The notes under the pieces: model-generated
What the model was told of the DNA's origin: nothing
The model's database searches: none
The model's input: the letters and a program-made list of their open reading frames with translations, nothing else
Shown: positions 17,811 to 33,128 of the stretch, piece after piece
How positions within the stretch are numbered: position 1 is the first letter of the stretch
Layout: each line of letters begins with the position of its first letter
Made by a program: the position numbers and the translations under genes
Source of the DNA: Octopus vulgaris
Lineage: Eukaryota
Length of the DNA: 64,000 nucleotides
Reading direction: 5' to 3'
Assembly (NCBI GenBank): GCA_951406725.2
Contig: OX597820.1
Coordinates: forward strand, 78,802,001 to 78,866,000

Positions 17811-18459
17811 GACATACATACATGCATACATACATACATACATACATACATACATACATACATACATACATACATACATACATACATACAGTGTGGCTGC
17901 CGACTCGTAGACGAGTATGACTATCGCTGACAAATCTTTTCCTAGATATCAACGACAATAGCTGTCAGTAATACCCTTGCTAGAATTTGAAGTGAATTAG
18001 AGCTCACTCTTACCAACAAAACCGTGTCGTCTGGAAAGAACAAGAGTAAGATCTTCGGCTTCGTAATGAAGCGGATGTTATTTCGGAATTTCCTTCTCCT
18101 AGAGTGATGTCCAAACAAAGACTAGGGGTCGCCCACTTGGATGGCCATTGAGTTTATCCATCCTTTGACAGATTTTGTCTTTCATCCTGCAGGATGTCCA
18201 ACGAAAACCACGCTCCAAAGCTAGCAACTTTGGTAGGGTTACCGGTTTAGCCAGCAAGCCCGAAAATGCGGCACGTTGTAATGGGTTACCAATAGTACTA
18301 AAGGTGACTTGACATATTACAAAGGTTGCCAATTCAAAATTTCGATACCTAAAAGGCACTAAAAACGACAATACGAAACTTAAAAGTACCACAAAAATGC
18401 ATCGAAGCAACAACAACAAAAAAATCACATGATTAGGGATAAACACCAAAAGATTTATG

Positions 18460-19700
<1,241 letters not shown>

Positions 19701-20044
19701 GTTAAAGGATAAAATTAAGATTAAACTAACACGCAAATTTCCCGGTGAATTTCTTTAAAACCGCAGGAGTAAGCTTTAAAAATCTTTACAAGAAACGGCT
19801 TTTAATAAAAATGTTACATCACGAATATTTTTAATTTATGACGATTTTTAAGCGTTTCGAGTTTTCTGATTTTGGTTAAATTTCTTGTAGAAATACAGAA
19901 ATTTGCTTCAGAGTTCGTGTCTTATAATGACAGACACTGAGTTTGCATTGAAATGGCAAAGCGGTCAGCGGTTTGGAGAGAAAATTCCTAATTAAATTTT
20001 GTTTTTGCTTTAATGGGAAAATGCTAAATTCAGCGCTAAATATC

Positions 20045-20265
20045 GGTTTCAAATTTTGTCACAAGTCCAGCGGTTCCGGGGGGAAGGTGGGGTTAAGTCG
20101 ATTACACCGATCCCAGTGCTCAACTGGTACTTGTTTTATCGATCTCGAAAGGATGAACGGTAAAGTCAGCGTCGGTGGAATTTGAACTCAGAATGTATAA
20201 AGATGGACGAAATACCGCTAAGCATTTAACTCGGCGTTTCTAACGATTCCGCCAGCTGGCCACTT
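20045..20265 (-). mobile_element. Family B SINE
   Basis: Reverse complement of the family B head and core. Confidence 0.7.
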
Positions 20266-20298
20266 CTCATTCAATACTAAATAATGATAATAATAATA

Positions 20299-21556
<1,258 letters not shown>

Positions 21557-21759
21557 GCTCAAAAGTTGCGCAAGCGCGAAATTAATGGCTTTTTTGAGCT
21601 GAACATATTAGAAAAACATTAAATGGCAACACTGACGTATACATACGTACGTTCATACATACATACATGCATACATACATACATACATACATACATACAT
21701 ACATACATACATACATACATACATACATACATAATCATTCATGCATGCAGACATCCTAT

Positions 21760-21988
21760 TTTTTTATTACCCACAAGGGGCTAAACACAGTGGGGACAAA
21801 CAAGGACAGACATAGGTATTAGGTCGATTACATCGACCCCAGTGCGTAACTGGTACTTAATTTATCGACCCCGAAAGGATGAAAGGCAAAGTCGACCTCG
21901 GCGGAATTTGAACTCACAACGTAACGCAGACAAAATACCGTTATGCATTTCGCCCGGCGTGCTTACGGTTTCTGCCAGCTCGCCGCCT
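21760..21988 (-). mobile_element. Family B SINE
   Basis: Reverse complement of head GGCGGCGAGCTGGCAGAAACCGTAAG plus core. Confidence 0.8.
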
Positions 21989-21989
21989 A

Positions 21990-22750
21990 TGCATGCAGAC
22001 ATCCACACACACACATACACACAGACATACATATTCATACATTCATACATACACACATACATGAATGCGTACTTAAATGCTCGTACATACATGCGCACAG
22101 ACATACACACACCCATCCATTCATATATACATACATAAATCCTTATACAAACATTCATCCATACTTACATAGATCCATCCATTCATCCATATGTACGTAC
22201 ATACGTGCGCACAGACATGCATACATACACACATACATACATACACACACAAATACTACGTACGTACGTACACACATACATACACAAATACATACCTACG
22301 AATGTACATACATACATACATACGTACGTACGTACATACGTACGTACGTACACACGTACATACATACATACATACATACATACATACATACATACATACA
22401 TACATACACACATATATACATACGTACATACATACATACATACATACATACATACATACATACATACGTAGACACTTACGTACACACATACGTACATAAA
22501 CACATACATACATACATAATTGCATGCATACATACGTACATACGTACGTACATACACACATACATACATACATACATACATACATACATACGTACGTACA
22601 TACACACATACATACACACATACATAAATACAGACACACATGCATACATACATACATACATATATACATACATACATACATACATACATACATACATACA
22701 TACATACATACATACATACATACATACATACATACATACATACATACATA
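21990..22750. repeat. Degenerate (TACA)n microsatellite
   Basis: Visible run. Confidence 0.92.
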
Positions 22751-23372
22751 CGTCTATGCAGGAGTACGTGAGTACATACAACTACATCGCAAAAAAACAC
22801 ACCAGTAGAGTAAAGGAAGGAGGAGGAAAATAAGAAAGAGAAAGACAAAAAAGGGGTGAAGTGGGAGGTTAAGAGGGGGTTGGGTTAGTGATGAAGGCTT
22901 AAAATGGCGGATTTAAACATAAACGTCTTAATCTTAATCTTTATCTTTAGACAGAATATACGGATTAGACAACTAAATTGAATAGCGCGCTTTGATACCC
23001 ATGCGTGTGTATGTGTGTACGCGCGTGTGTGTGTGCCCGTGCGTGTGTGCGAGCTTGCGTGCGTGCGCGTGTGTGTGTGTGCGTGCGTGTACGTACGTGT
23101 ATGTGCATGTATATATGTATACAGACTTACGAGCAGGTGTATATAGGGGTGTATAATTGTACAGGTATTTTTTCAAACCTGTGCGCATGTTCTGATGTTC
23201 CTGTGGCAAATAAAAGAAACTATTATCGTTGTTGTTGTTGTAGGTGTTGTTGTTGCTGTTGTCGGTAGTGGCGGCGGCGGTTGTAGGGGGGGTGTCATTT
23301 ATATTATGAAGGTCTAATACTTTTCTATTACACGCGCGAAAATGCATTCATCAGGTGGCATATGGCAAAGTG

Positions 23373-23440
23373 CACATACACACACACACACATACATACA
23401 TACATACATATATTCATACATACATACATACATATATTCA

Positions 23441-23473
<33 letters not shown>

Positions 23474-23556
23474 TCATACATACATTCATACATACATACA
23501 TACATACATTTATACATCCATACATACATACATACATACATACATACATACATACA

Positions 23557-23589
<33 letters not shown>

Positions 23590-23869
23590 TCATACATACA
23601 TAGATACATACATACTTACATACATTCATACATACATACATACATTTACACATTCAAACATACATATATACATACATATATACATACATACATATATTCA
23701 TCCATCACATACATACATACATACATACATACATTTATACATCCATACATACATACATACATACATACATACATACATTCATACATACATACATACATAC
23801 ATATATTCATACATACATACATACATCCATACATACATACATATATACATACATACATACATACATACA

Positions 23870-23902
<33 letters not shown>

Positions 23903-24145
23903 TCATACATACATAGATACATACATACATACATACATACATATATTCATACATACATACATACATACATACATACATACATACATACATACATACATAC
24001 ATACATACATTTATACATCCATCCATCCATACATACATACATACATACATACATACATACATTCATACATACATACATACATACATACATACATACATAC
24101 ATACATACATACATACATACATACATACATACATACATACATACA

Positions 24146-24178
<33 letters not shown>

Positions 24179-24222
24179 TCATACATACATATATACATAC
24201 ATTTATATATATATATATATAT
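23373..24222. repeat. Long (TACA)n microsatellite with variant sub-units
   Basis: Visible run with recurring TATTCATACA and TTTATACATCCA variants. Confidence 0.93.
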
Positions 24223-24384
24223 AGGCGCAGGCGTGGCAGTGTGGTAAGAAGCTTGCTTCCTAACAGCGTGGTTCCGGGTTCAGTCCCATTGCATGGCACC
24301 TTTAGTAAGTTTCTTCTACTATAGCCCGGGCCGACCAAAGACTTCTGAGTGGATTTGGTAGACGGAAACTGAAATAAGCCCGCC

Positions 24385-24448
<64 letters not shown>

Positions 24449-24696
24449 ACATACATGTTTGTGTGTTTGAGTCTGTATTTGTCCACCCAACCCCAACCCC
24501 TTCGCTTGTCTACCACCATCTTCTTCGCTTGACAACTGATGTTGGTGTCTTTATGTCCCCGTAACTTAGCGCTTCGGAAGAAAGTGAACGAGAGAATAGG
24601 TACTAGGCTTACAAAGAATAAGTCCGGGGTCGATTTGTTCGACTAAAGGTGGTGCTCCAGCACGGCCGTAGTAAAATGACTGAAGCAAGTAAAAGA
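24223..24696 (+). mobile_element. Family A SINE, full length
   Basis: AGGCGCAGGCGTGGCAGTGTGGTAAG head through GCAAGTAAAAGA tail. Confidence 0.85.
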
Positions 24697-24699
24697 ATA

Positions 24700-26826
24700 T
24701 CTCTATCTCTATATATATAAAAGGCAGTTTGTCTGTCTGTGTGTCTGTGTGTCTGTCAGGTTGTACCTTCACCCTGACTACGGCTTTCAACCGATTCTGA
24801 TGAAACTTGACACACACATAGCCCAATGTCATAATTCAAAACTAACGCAGCGAAAAGTTTGAAAAGTTCCCCCAGTTCTGAAAAAATCGATAAATTCGAC
24901 ATGGGGTCGAGAATATAAGCTTATCATATGCAACACATTTTCCGTTGTAGTTTTCGCAACTTGCAATCGATTTTCACAAACTCATGGTGAAGCTTAATGT
25001 TACCCTAAGGAACTTAATTCTGACGTTCGTTTTCCATGCAATACCTTACCATCAGAAAAATCGATAAAATCATGCCATTTTGGGAAATCGCATTCAAATT
25101 CAAGATGACATATTTTCGACGATATCTTTAACAAAATGGCAGGAATTTTTTTGGAAATTCACAGCGAGCATCATGTCTGCTCCAAGGAGCTATATGGCCC
25201 TTTTGATTCCAATAGGATACGTTATTACTGAAATAAATCGGTTAATTACATCATATGTGGCACACATAGCAAACCGATTTTTCTGCGATAATTTTTGAAA
25301 GTTCACATAGATTTTCCTTACACTGATGTTGGACATCAAGTTTGCATTAAAGAAATGAGAAAAATGGAGATGAAGAAACCAGCTACACACACATAGCCCA
25401 ATGTCATAATTCAAAACTAACGCAGCGAAAAGTTTGAAAAGTTCCCCCAGTTCTGAAAAAATCGATAAATTCGACATGGGGTCGAGAATATAAGCTTATC
25501 ATATGCAACACATTTTCCGTTGTAGTTTTCGCAACTTGCAATCGATTTTCACAAACTCATGGTGAAGCTTAATGTTACCCTAAGGAACTTAATTCTGACG
25601 TTAGTTTTCCATGCAATACCTTACCATCAGAAAAATCGATAAAATCATGCCATTTTGGGAAATCGCATTCAAATTCAAGATGACATATTTTCGACGATAT
25701 CTTTAACAAAATGGCAGGAATTTTTTTGGAAATTCACAGCGAGCATCATGTCTGCTCCAAGGAGCTATATGGCCCTTTTGATTCCAATAGGATACGTTAT
25801 TACTGAAATAAATCGGTTAATTACATCATATGTGGCACACATAGCAAACCGATTTTTCTGCGATAATTTTTGAAAGTTCACATAGATTTTCCTTACACTG
25901 ATGTTGGACATCAAGTTTGCATTAAAGAAATGAGAAAAATGGAGATGAAGAAACCAGCTACACACACATAGCCCAATGTCATAATTCAAAACTAACGCAG
26001 CGAAAAGTTTGAAAAGTTCCCCCAGTTCTGAAAAAATCGATAAATTCGACATGGGGTCGAGAATATAAGCTTATCATATGCAACACATTTTCCGTTGTAG
26101 TTTTCGCAACTTGCAATCGATTTTCACAAACTCATGGTGAAGCTTAATGTTACCCTAAGGAACTTAATTCTGACGTTCGTTTTCCATGCAATACCTTACC
26201 ATCAGAAAAAATCGATAAAATCATGCCATTTTGGGAAATCGCATTCAAATTCAAGATGACATATTTTCGACGATATCTTTAACAAAATGGCAGGAATACC
26301 TTACCATCAGAAAAAATCGATAAAATCATGCCATTTTGGGAAATCGCATTCAAATTCAAGATGACATATTTTCGACGATATCTTTAACAAAATGGCAGGA
26401 ATTTTTTTGGAAATTCACAGCGAGCATCATGTCTGCTCCAAGGAGCTATATGGCCCTTTTGATTCCAATAGGATACGTTATTACTGAAATAAATCGGTTA
26501 ATTACATCATATGTGGCACACATAGCAAACCGATTTTTCTGCGATAATTTTTGAAAGTTCACATAGATTTTCCTTACACTGATGTTGGACATCAAGTTTG
26601 CATTAAATGTCAAACTAACGACCTTTTGTCAATGCAGTTAACAAGTATTGAGAGAAATCAACAAAACCATATCACTTTGAGACCGACCATGCGAACCCTA
26701 CAAAACTGACTTTTGTTATTTACAAAATAACGGTTCAATGAGTATAAAAAGGGGTAAAAAGGTAAAGGGCATTGCTTATCGACAAAGTTTCTTACATACC
26801 CGGGCAACGCCGGGCTATGCTGCTAG
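24700..26826 (+). mobile_element. Non-autonomous Helitron containing a tandem array
   Basis: 5' A|TC(TC)TATCTCTATATATATAAAA; 3' hairpin CCCGG-GCAACG-CCGGG (26799-26814) then CTAG|T (26823-26827). No TSD. Confidence 0.85.
24810..26607 (+). repeat. 575-bp tandem repeat, three near-identical units (third with an extra 105-bp internal duplication)
   Basis: Identical ORFs recur at 25080/25655 and 25190/25765 (period 575). The segment starting at 26190 restarts at 26295. Confidence 0.95.
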
Positions 26827-27081
26827 TATATATATATAAATGTTATATGCACGGGTGTGTGCTAGTATGTATGTATAAATGTATGTAAGTATGTATGTAT
26901 GTATGTATGTATGTATGTATGTATGTATGTATGTATGTATGTATGTATGTATGTATGTATGTGAAGATTTTTAATATAATCAGTAGTCCATTTTACGATA
27001 ATGAATTATATATGCCCCGATAGTGCTGCATATCTAGATGTTAACTATACATATTATATATACATATATATATACACACAC

Positions 27082-27246
27082 ATATATCAGTTGAATAAAG
27101 TTAAAATGTGGTTTGGTTTTCACGTTTTTTACTATGGTATTTTTAACATTAAAATATGACCATTACAAAATATTTTTTAATGTTAAAATACCATAATAAA
27201 AAACGTGAAAACCAGACCATATTTTAACTTTATTCAACTGATATAT
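27082..27246. repeat. Imperfect AT-rich palindrome (~75-bp arms)
   Basis: ATATATCAGTTGAATAAAGTTAAAAT... pairs with ...ATTTTAACTTTATTCAACTGATATAT. Confidence 0.85.
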
Positions 27247-27626
27247 ATATACATACATACATATATATACATATACATAGATATACATACACATACATAT
27301 ATATATGGGAGAAAGAAAGAATTCATGAGACTTTGTATTATCCACTACGATCGTCTGGACCCATCGTGCACCGATGCCTCGCGGACGCGGATGAGATGCT
27401 ATACAAACAGTCATTTTGGAAGTGTCTTGTTAGGCGATTTTTCAAATCGTAGCTGGTTTCTTCATCTCCATTTTTCTCATTTCTTTTAGAACACATTTTG
27501 GTAGTTTTAGTGTGTTTCTCGCTTGAGTTTGTCCATGATTTTATTTCCTAAATACTTTTTTTGATGAAAAATCATGTGCAAAATAGCATGAAATCCCGAG
27601 TTTATTAATTATTTTACTCGTTAAAT

Positions 27627-29409
27627 ATTAGATTGAAAAATAAGTCTTGTCGCATTTCAAAATGGAAAAGAAACAAGTGAATTATTCGGCCTCAATTGAT
27701 AAATTTAACGAAGAAAGTATTTCCCTTCATCATTGATAACATAATCCCTTCTATTTAACAAATTGTTGGTCCCTCGGGCATAACGTTCTTCAGGTTTTGA
27801 AGCAAAGAAACCCTTGAGATAATGTTTAACCTTCCCAATTAATTATCTGCTTACCCTCAAAATGATGTCCCCAACGATCTGAAAATATGATAGTCAGATG
27901 GATCGAGGTCAGGAGAGTAAGGAAGATGAGACAAAACTTCCATATCTTGTAGCATCATCTTTTCTTGAATGAATAGGCTCATACGTTGTCTTGTATTGTC
28001 GTGTAAGAGCAACATACCTTTACAATTGACCAATGATGGCTGCTTTTTCTGCAATACTCCTCTGCATCAACTGTTTCGTTATGGTTTAACCCTTCGTGAT
28101 AGACGACTCTCTTCATATCTTTCCACCAAACACAGAGCATAACTTTTCTCGGATGTGGTCCTGGTTTTTCAGGATGGATTCTCCTGTTTCATTGGATGCT
28201 AACCATTGTCTTTTTCGTTCGATATGATTAGAGAGAATCCACTTTTCCTCATCTCTGATAATTCTACCCCGGGGTAAGTTTGGTAACTCGTCTACTCTTC
28301 AATGACGAAGAGAAGGTAACATTTTGATTAAGCTGAGAAGAAGTCAAACGATGAGGTATCCACTTCTCGTTCATGAAGGTGTTTTAAAATCAAGGGTTGA
28401 CTTGAACTGAAGAGCTTAGCTAATTCCTGAGTTGTTTGCTTTGGAAATTCCTCTACTACGGTTTTTAGAAACTTAATATTCTCAGAAGCTTAATATTCTC
28501 TGAACTTCACCTGGTCGTACAAATCAAGGGAAATCTGCGAATGCATAATTTCCCGAGAGAAACTGGCCAAACCCTTTTGGCATGCCTGGACAGCGAATTT
28601 TTTTTCCTCGAGAGTTCCGGACCCCAGTTATGAACTCATTTGCATACAGCCAATCAGAGCTCAATTATAAACTAATTTATGAGCACATAACAAGTGATGG
28701 GCGATACGATAAGGTCATTTGGGTAAGAAATGACCATGCTTCTTTTCTCTTTTGATAATGCTTGTTGTTCTGGTTCTTTTTCCAACCATGGCTGCCACTG
28801 CATAATTATTTGTGTTGTTGTTTACTTTGTAAAACAGTAGGGGAGAGGGTTGCTAGCACGTCACCCTCTACCCACATTTTTCCCATCCACATCTTTACCA
28901 TATGGGGCCCTAACAAAATCCGATAACAGTTATAGATGCAAATCTATCTCTAAATTTGATGATCTGTCGACTTACAGCACAGTTCTTCGTTATCAGTTGG
29001 CTTGGTAGAGTGTGTTTCTCTACTTAACAACGAGGTCAAGGTGAGCTCTGATTGGATGTATGCAAATGAGTTCATTACTGGAACTTTCGTGGGAAAAATA
29101 AAATCTCGCTGCCCGAGCACGTAAAGCTTCATTTCCATAAACAGAACTAATATTTCTTGTTGCTTTCATTGCTGAATAGCCTCTTTTGAATAAACACAGT
29201 ATGCAGTGCCCGATATAAGTCTGAACAAAATCCATTTTAAAAAGGTTAAAATAAATAAGAATGTAACCACTGTGGTTACTTTAGTATTCACCAAAGACAG
29301 ACAAATATATCAGAATGTAAAAATTAAGCTCATTTTACCATAAGTATTGAAAAAGTAACCTCGAAGTGATCATGTGAAAAAGTGCAAGAAAAATTCCTTT
29401 CCAACCTAA
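27627..29409 (-). mobile_element. Degenerate mariner (Tc1/mariner) transposon
   Basis: Minus-strand fragments: IGHCILCLFKRGYSAMKATRNISSVYGNEAL (N-terminal HTH), PHPRKVMLCVWW, LLLHDN and LPYSPDLDPSDYHIFRSL. Weakly similar TA-flanked termini TTAGATTGAAAA / TTAGGTTGGAAA. Confidence 0.8.
28581..29121. mobile_element. MITE-like insertion (~80-bp imperfect TIRs) nested in the mariner ORF
   Basis: ...CCAGTTATGAACTCATTTGCATACAGCCAATCAGAGCTC (to ~28664) pairs with GAGCTCTGATTGGATGTATGCAAATGAGTTCATTACTGG... (from 29043). It splits the transposase between NEAL and QKGFGQFLSGN. Confidence 0.7.
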
Positions 29410-29433
29410 TACATTTATTTGAAAATCTTGAAC

Positions 29434-30012
29434 GAGTGACTGTGTGGTAAGTATCATAGCTTGCTTACCAACCACATGGTTCTGGGTTCAGTCCTACTGC
29501 GTGGCACCTAGGACAAGTGTCTTCTACTATAGCCTCGGGCCGACCAAAATTTTGTTAGTGGATTTGGTAGAAGGAAACTGAAAGAAGCACGTCGTGTGTG
29601 TGTGTGTGTATGTATGTATATGTTTGTGTGTCTGAGTTAGTTCCCCCACCATCGCTTGACAACCGATGTTGGTGTATTTACGTCCTCGTAACTTAGCGGT
29701 TCGTCAAAAAGAGTCCGATAGAATAAGTACTCGGCTTACAAAGAATAAGTCCTGGGGTCGATTTTTTCGACTAAAAGGCGGTGCTCCAGCATGGCCGCAG
29801 TCAAATGACTGAAGCATGTGGCCATGCTGGGGCACCACCCTGAAGAATTTTTAGTCGAAGGAATCAACCCCATTACATTTTGCTTTTTTGTTTTTTACTT
29901 TTTTTTTGCCTGGTACTTATTCTATCGATTACTTTTGCCGAACTGTTAAGCTATGAGGACAGAAACACCTTTAACACCAGTTGTCAAGCAATGGTAGGAC
30001 ACAGACACAAAT

Positions 30013-30047
<35 letters not shown>

Positions 30048-30295
30048 AACTTATACATATATACACACATACGTATATAAATATACATAAATACATACGT
30101 ATACGTATATATATATGTGTGTGTGTGTAAATATAGATAGATAGATACACGACGGGTTTCTTTCGGTTTCCGTCCACCAAATCCACTCACAAGGCTCCAG
30201 TTTTACCAAGGATGCCTCACTTCGCAGTGAGACTGAACCTGGAACCATGTGGTTGGGAAGCAAAGCTTGGTACCACAAAACCATAACTACACCTA
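29434..30295. mobile_element. Tail-to-tail pair of family A SINEs (+ then -)
   Basis: 29434-29815 (+) and a more diverged 29818-30295 (-). Confidence 0.78.
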
Positions 30296-30759
30296 TATTT
30301 CTCTCTCAACATAACAAAAAAAAACTGAAGCCTACACCTGACCCTACCGACACCTAGCTGTGGGTGAATATTACATTGTACAAAACTAAAACTATTTCCA
30401 AAATATCGATAACAGATGGTAACAATGATTGTTTTTTAAAACTTCGCGCCCAAAAAATATAGATGCAAAAACAGTAAAAAAAAAACTCCCGATAAAACAT
30501 GTGTTACCTTATGTTATTAGTCGTCTTTTGTAAGGTTTCTATTCAACAAAAGTATATTTTTTTAAATTTGTTATAACTATTCAAGCGTGTTTTATTCCGT
30601 TCTCATCTTTAACTCCATACAAAGTAATTGATTAGAAAAACCCATGGCGTTTTGGGTTCAATCCCATAGCTCGACATCTTGTGTTGCAAGTGTCTTTTAC
30701 TGTAAGCCTTGGGCCGACCAAGTGAATTTAAGACAGAAACTGTGAAAGCCGGTCGTACT

Positions 30760-31180
30760 CCAGCACCACCGTGAGCGATACATCATTTGCACGATGTGGA
30801 GAATATACCACCAGGATTACCCAAACGATCTCAACATTAGCTTGAAAATTCATCCAAGACTAGGACCACAACACATAAATACACTGCAACACAATTTCTT
30901 TTCCTCAACAGGGCCTATCCTATTTAACTTTGTCCTGAAACAGATCAAAGAGGAAAAGGGTCCCATCACCCTTAAACGGAATCTGTACAAATTTCTTCAA
31001 GGAATGCCAGATAAGCCACCTATACCTGGATACAACTCATTTGACAATAACTCCCTACTCGAATGGACCATGATACCACAAAACTTGACTTAAAAAGGAT
31101 TTAGATAATTCTATCAGGTGATGTTATTAAGTTAGACATGGTCTGGTCCAATCTTTGGTCGAAACATATCTAAGTTATAT
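30760..31180 (+). mobile_element. CR1-group LINE 3' end
   Basis: RERYIICTMWRIY...GPILFN...LKRNLYKFLQGMPDKP C-terminal-like peptide. Tail shared with 12688-12765. Confidence 0.65.
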
Positions 31181-31657
31181 CCGTTGATTAAAGATTTTGC
31201 AAATCCATGAACCAAGATACAATTTCAGTATCATACCTATTATTATTAATATTATTGGAGCAGTGAGATATGTAACGACCCGTCTGGAGCAAAGTCTGGG
31301 AGAATTTCGGTTCTTGGAGAGAGAATCCAATTCCTCAATTCATACACTACAAATGATCGCGATATCTGGATCGATAAAAAATCTGCAAGAGTTTCTTAAG
31401 ATTTAAAGGATGGTGAACAAAACGAGATGCTTTCTTTCACATCCTTGCTACCAAGCAAGCGGCCGGTCAGAATTAACTCTAAACTAAAAAGAAAATGAGA
31501 TAATATTCGCACGTCCCTACATGCACAAGCATGCAGTCAACAACAGACGTGCAGGCGTAGAGGATCGTTTAAAATTTCTTTTGGTGCGTTTTCTAGTTAT
31601 GCCAAATCCTCCAGCCTAAATCAAAGGTTTCTTTCTCCAATGCAGATTTTAAATTTA

Positions 31658-32219
31658 CTGTAATCCCTCGACAATCACGGGTGTTACATTCCAAAACGCC
31701 CCGCGATAGGTGAAAATCCGCGAAGTAGAAACAGTACTGACCTGTATACTTTTTAAAATTATTTTTATAATTTGTATATTTTTATTTTATTATAAATGCA
31801 AAACAACACCACGGAGGAATCAACGTAAGCTTAAACAAGAGCACTCAGAGAGCGCAAACCTCCGCCAAGGCAACACCAACGTCCTCTCAACGATTAGCCA
31901 GAGATGATTTTTTAAATGAGAATATCTGAAATAAAGTTGACTGCTCTCACAAAAGAGAATACTAAAAAAAAAACCCGACCGGTCTCAAAAATTAAGTAAA
32001 AAGACCAGAAAAATAACCCAGAAAACTTGTCCGGTACTGGATCGATCCTAAAATCTAATCAGTTCGTGTCAGTCACGAAGCCAAACATCCCTGAAAGTTT
32101 CACCCGAATCCATCTGGCAGTTCTTGAGACAAACAAACATACAAACACGACTGAAAACAATAATAAACCGCGATAGGTGAACCGCGGTAGGTGAACCGCG
32201 ATATAGCGAGGAATTACTG
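31658..32219. mobile_element. Tigger/pogo-like MITE (TA TSD) carrying a nested insertion
   Basis: Termini TA|CTGTAATCCCTCG...CGAGGAATTACTG|TA. Related copies at 38874-39030 and 52694-52899. Confidence 0.75.
31836..32160. mobile_element. Helentron/DINE-like non-autonomous insertion
   Basis: Absent from the sister MITE at 38874 (empty site CTTAAA|TAATAAA). Begins CAAGAGCACTCAGAGAGCGCAAACCTCCGCCAAGG and has an (ACAA)n-like tract near the other end; no clear TSD. Confidence 0.55.
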
Positions 32220-32517
32220 TATATCTTACATCAAGCGAAATTTCACCAGCACGATCATAGCTGAAATTAACAACAGCGACGGAAACAGCCCTGCCTGCCG
32301 ACTAACTCGCACATTACAAATACATTTTGTAAGTGGAACAGTAAAACTATGCAAGACTTTCTCAAGTTTAAAATGTGACTTTGCTTTTGCTATCTGCGTT
32401 TCAACGCAGGAGATTTGTATCTTTGTTCAAAACCATCTCCTTCTTCAGAGGTAAAATCTAAATAACTAGAAATAAAAGAAAACTATATATTCATTCATAC
32501 ATATATATATATTCATA

Positions 32518-32681
32518 AGCGCAGGCGTGGCTATGTGATAAGAAACTTTCTTCCCGACCACATGGTTCCGGGTTCAGTTCCACTGCGTGGCACCTTGAGC
32601 AAGTTTATTCTTCTATAGCCTTAGGCCAACCAAAGCCTTTTGAGTGGATTTGGTAGACGGAAACTGAAAGAAACCCGTCGT

Positions 32682-32726
<45 letters not shown>

Positions 32727-32795
32727 CGTACGTATGTGTATGTGTGTATGTCTTTGTGTCTGTGTTTATACCCCATATCACCGCTTGACAACTAG
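32518..32795 (+). mobile_element. Family A SINE, 3'-truncated
   Basis: Head GCGCAGGCGTGGCTATGTGATAAG...GGGTTCAGTTCC and body. Confidence 0.8.
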
Positions 32796-33068
32796 TTCGG
32801 GTTCAACTAGTTCGACTAGTTGAACACTGGGGTCAATGTTATCGACTCACTCCTTCAACTAAAATTACTGGCTTTGTGCCAATATTTGAAAGCAATCTTA
32901 AAATCTGTATCTGGACGGCGAGGTGGCTGGAACGTTAACACGCTGGACAAAATGCTTTGTGGCGTTTCGTGATATTAGTTGGATTTGAATACAGAATGAG
33001 TGAGTGTCGGAAGAAGATATATCGATGGGTGTGTGTCCATTAGTTGTTTCCTCTTCAACACACACACA

Positions 33069-33128
<60 letters not shown>

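Noticed and set aside
25080-26554. Repeated 72-aa and 95-aa ORFs as a gene cluster
   Set aside because: They merely follow the 575-bp tandem unit; no recognisable motifs.
24810-26607. CRISPR-like array
   Set aside because: Long identical units with identical junction inserts, no unique spacers, eukaryotic context.
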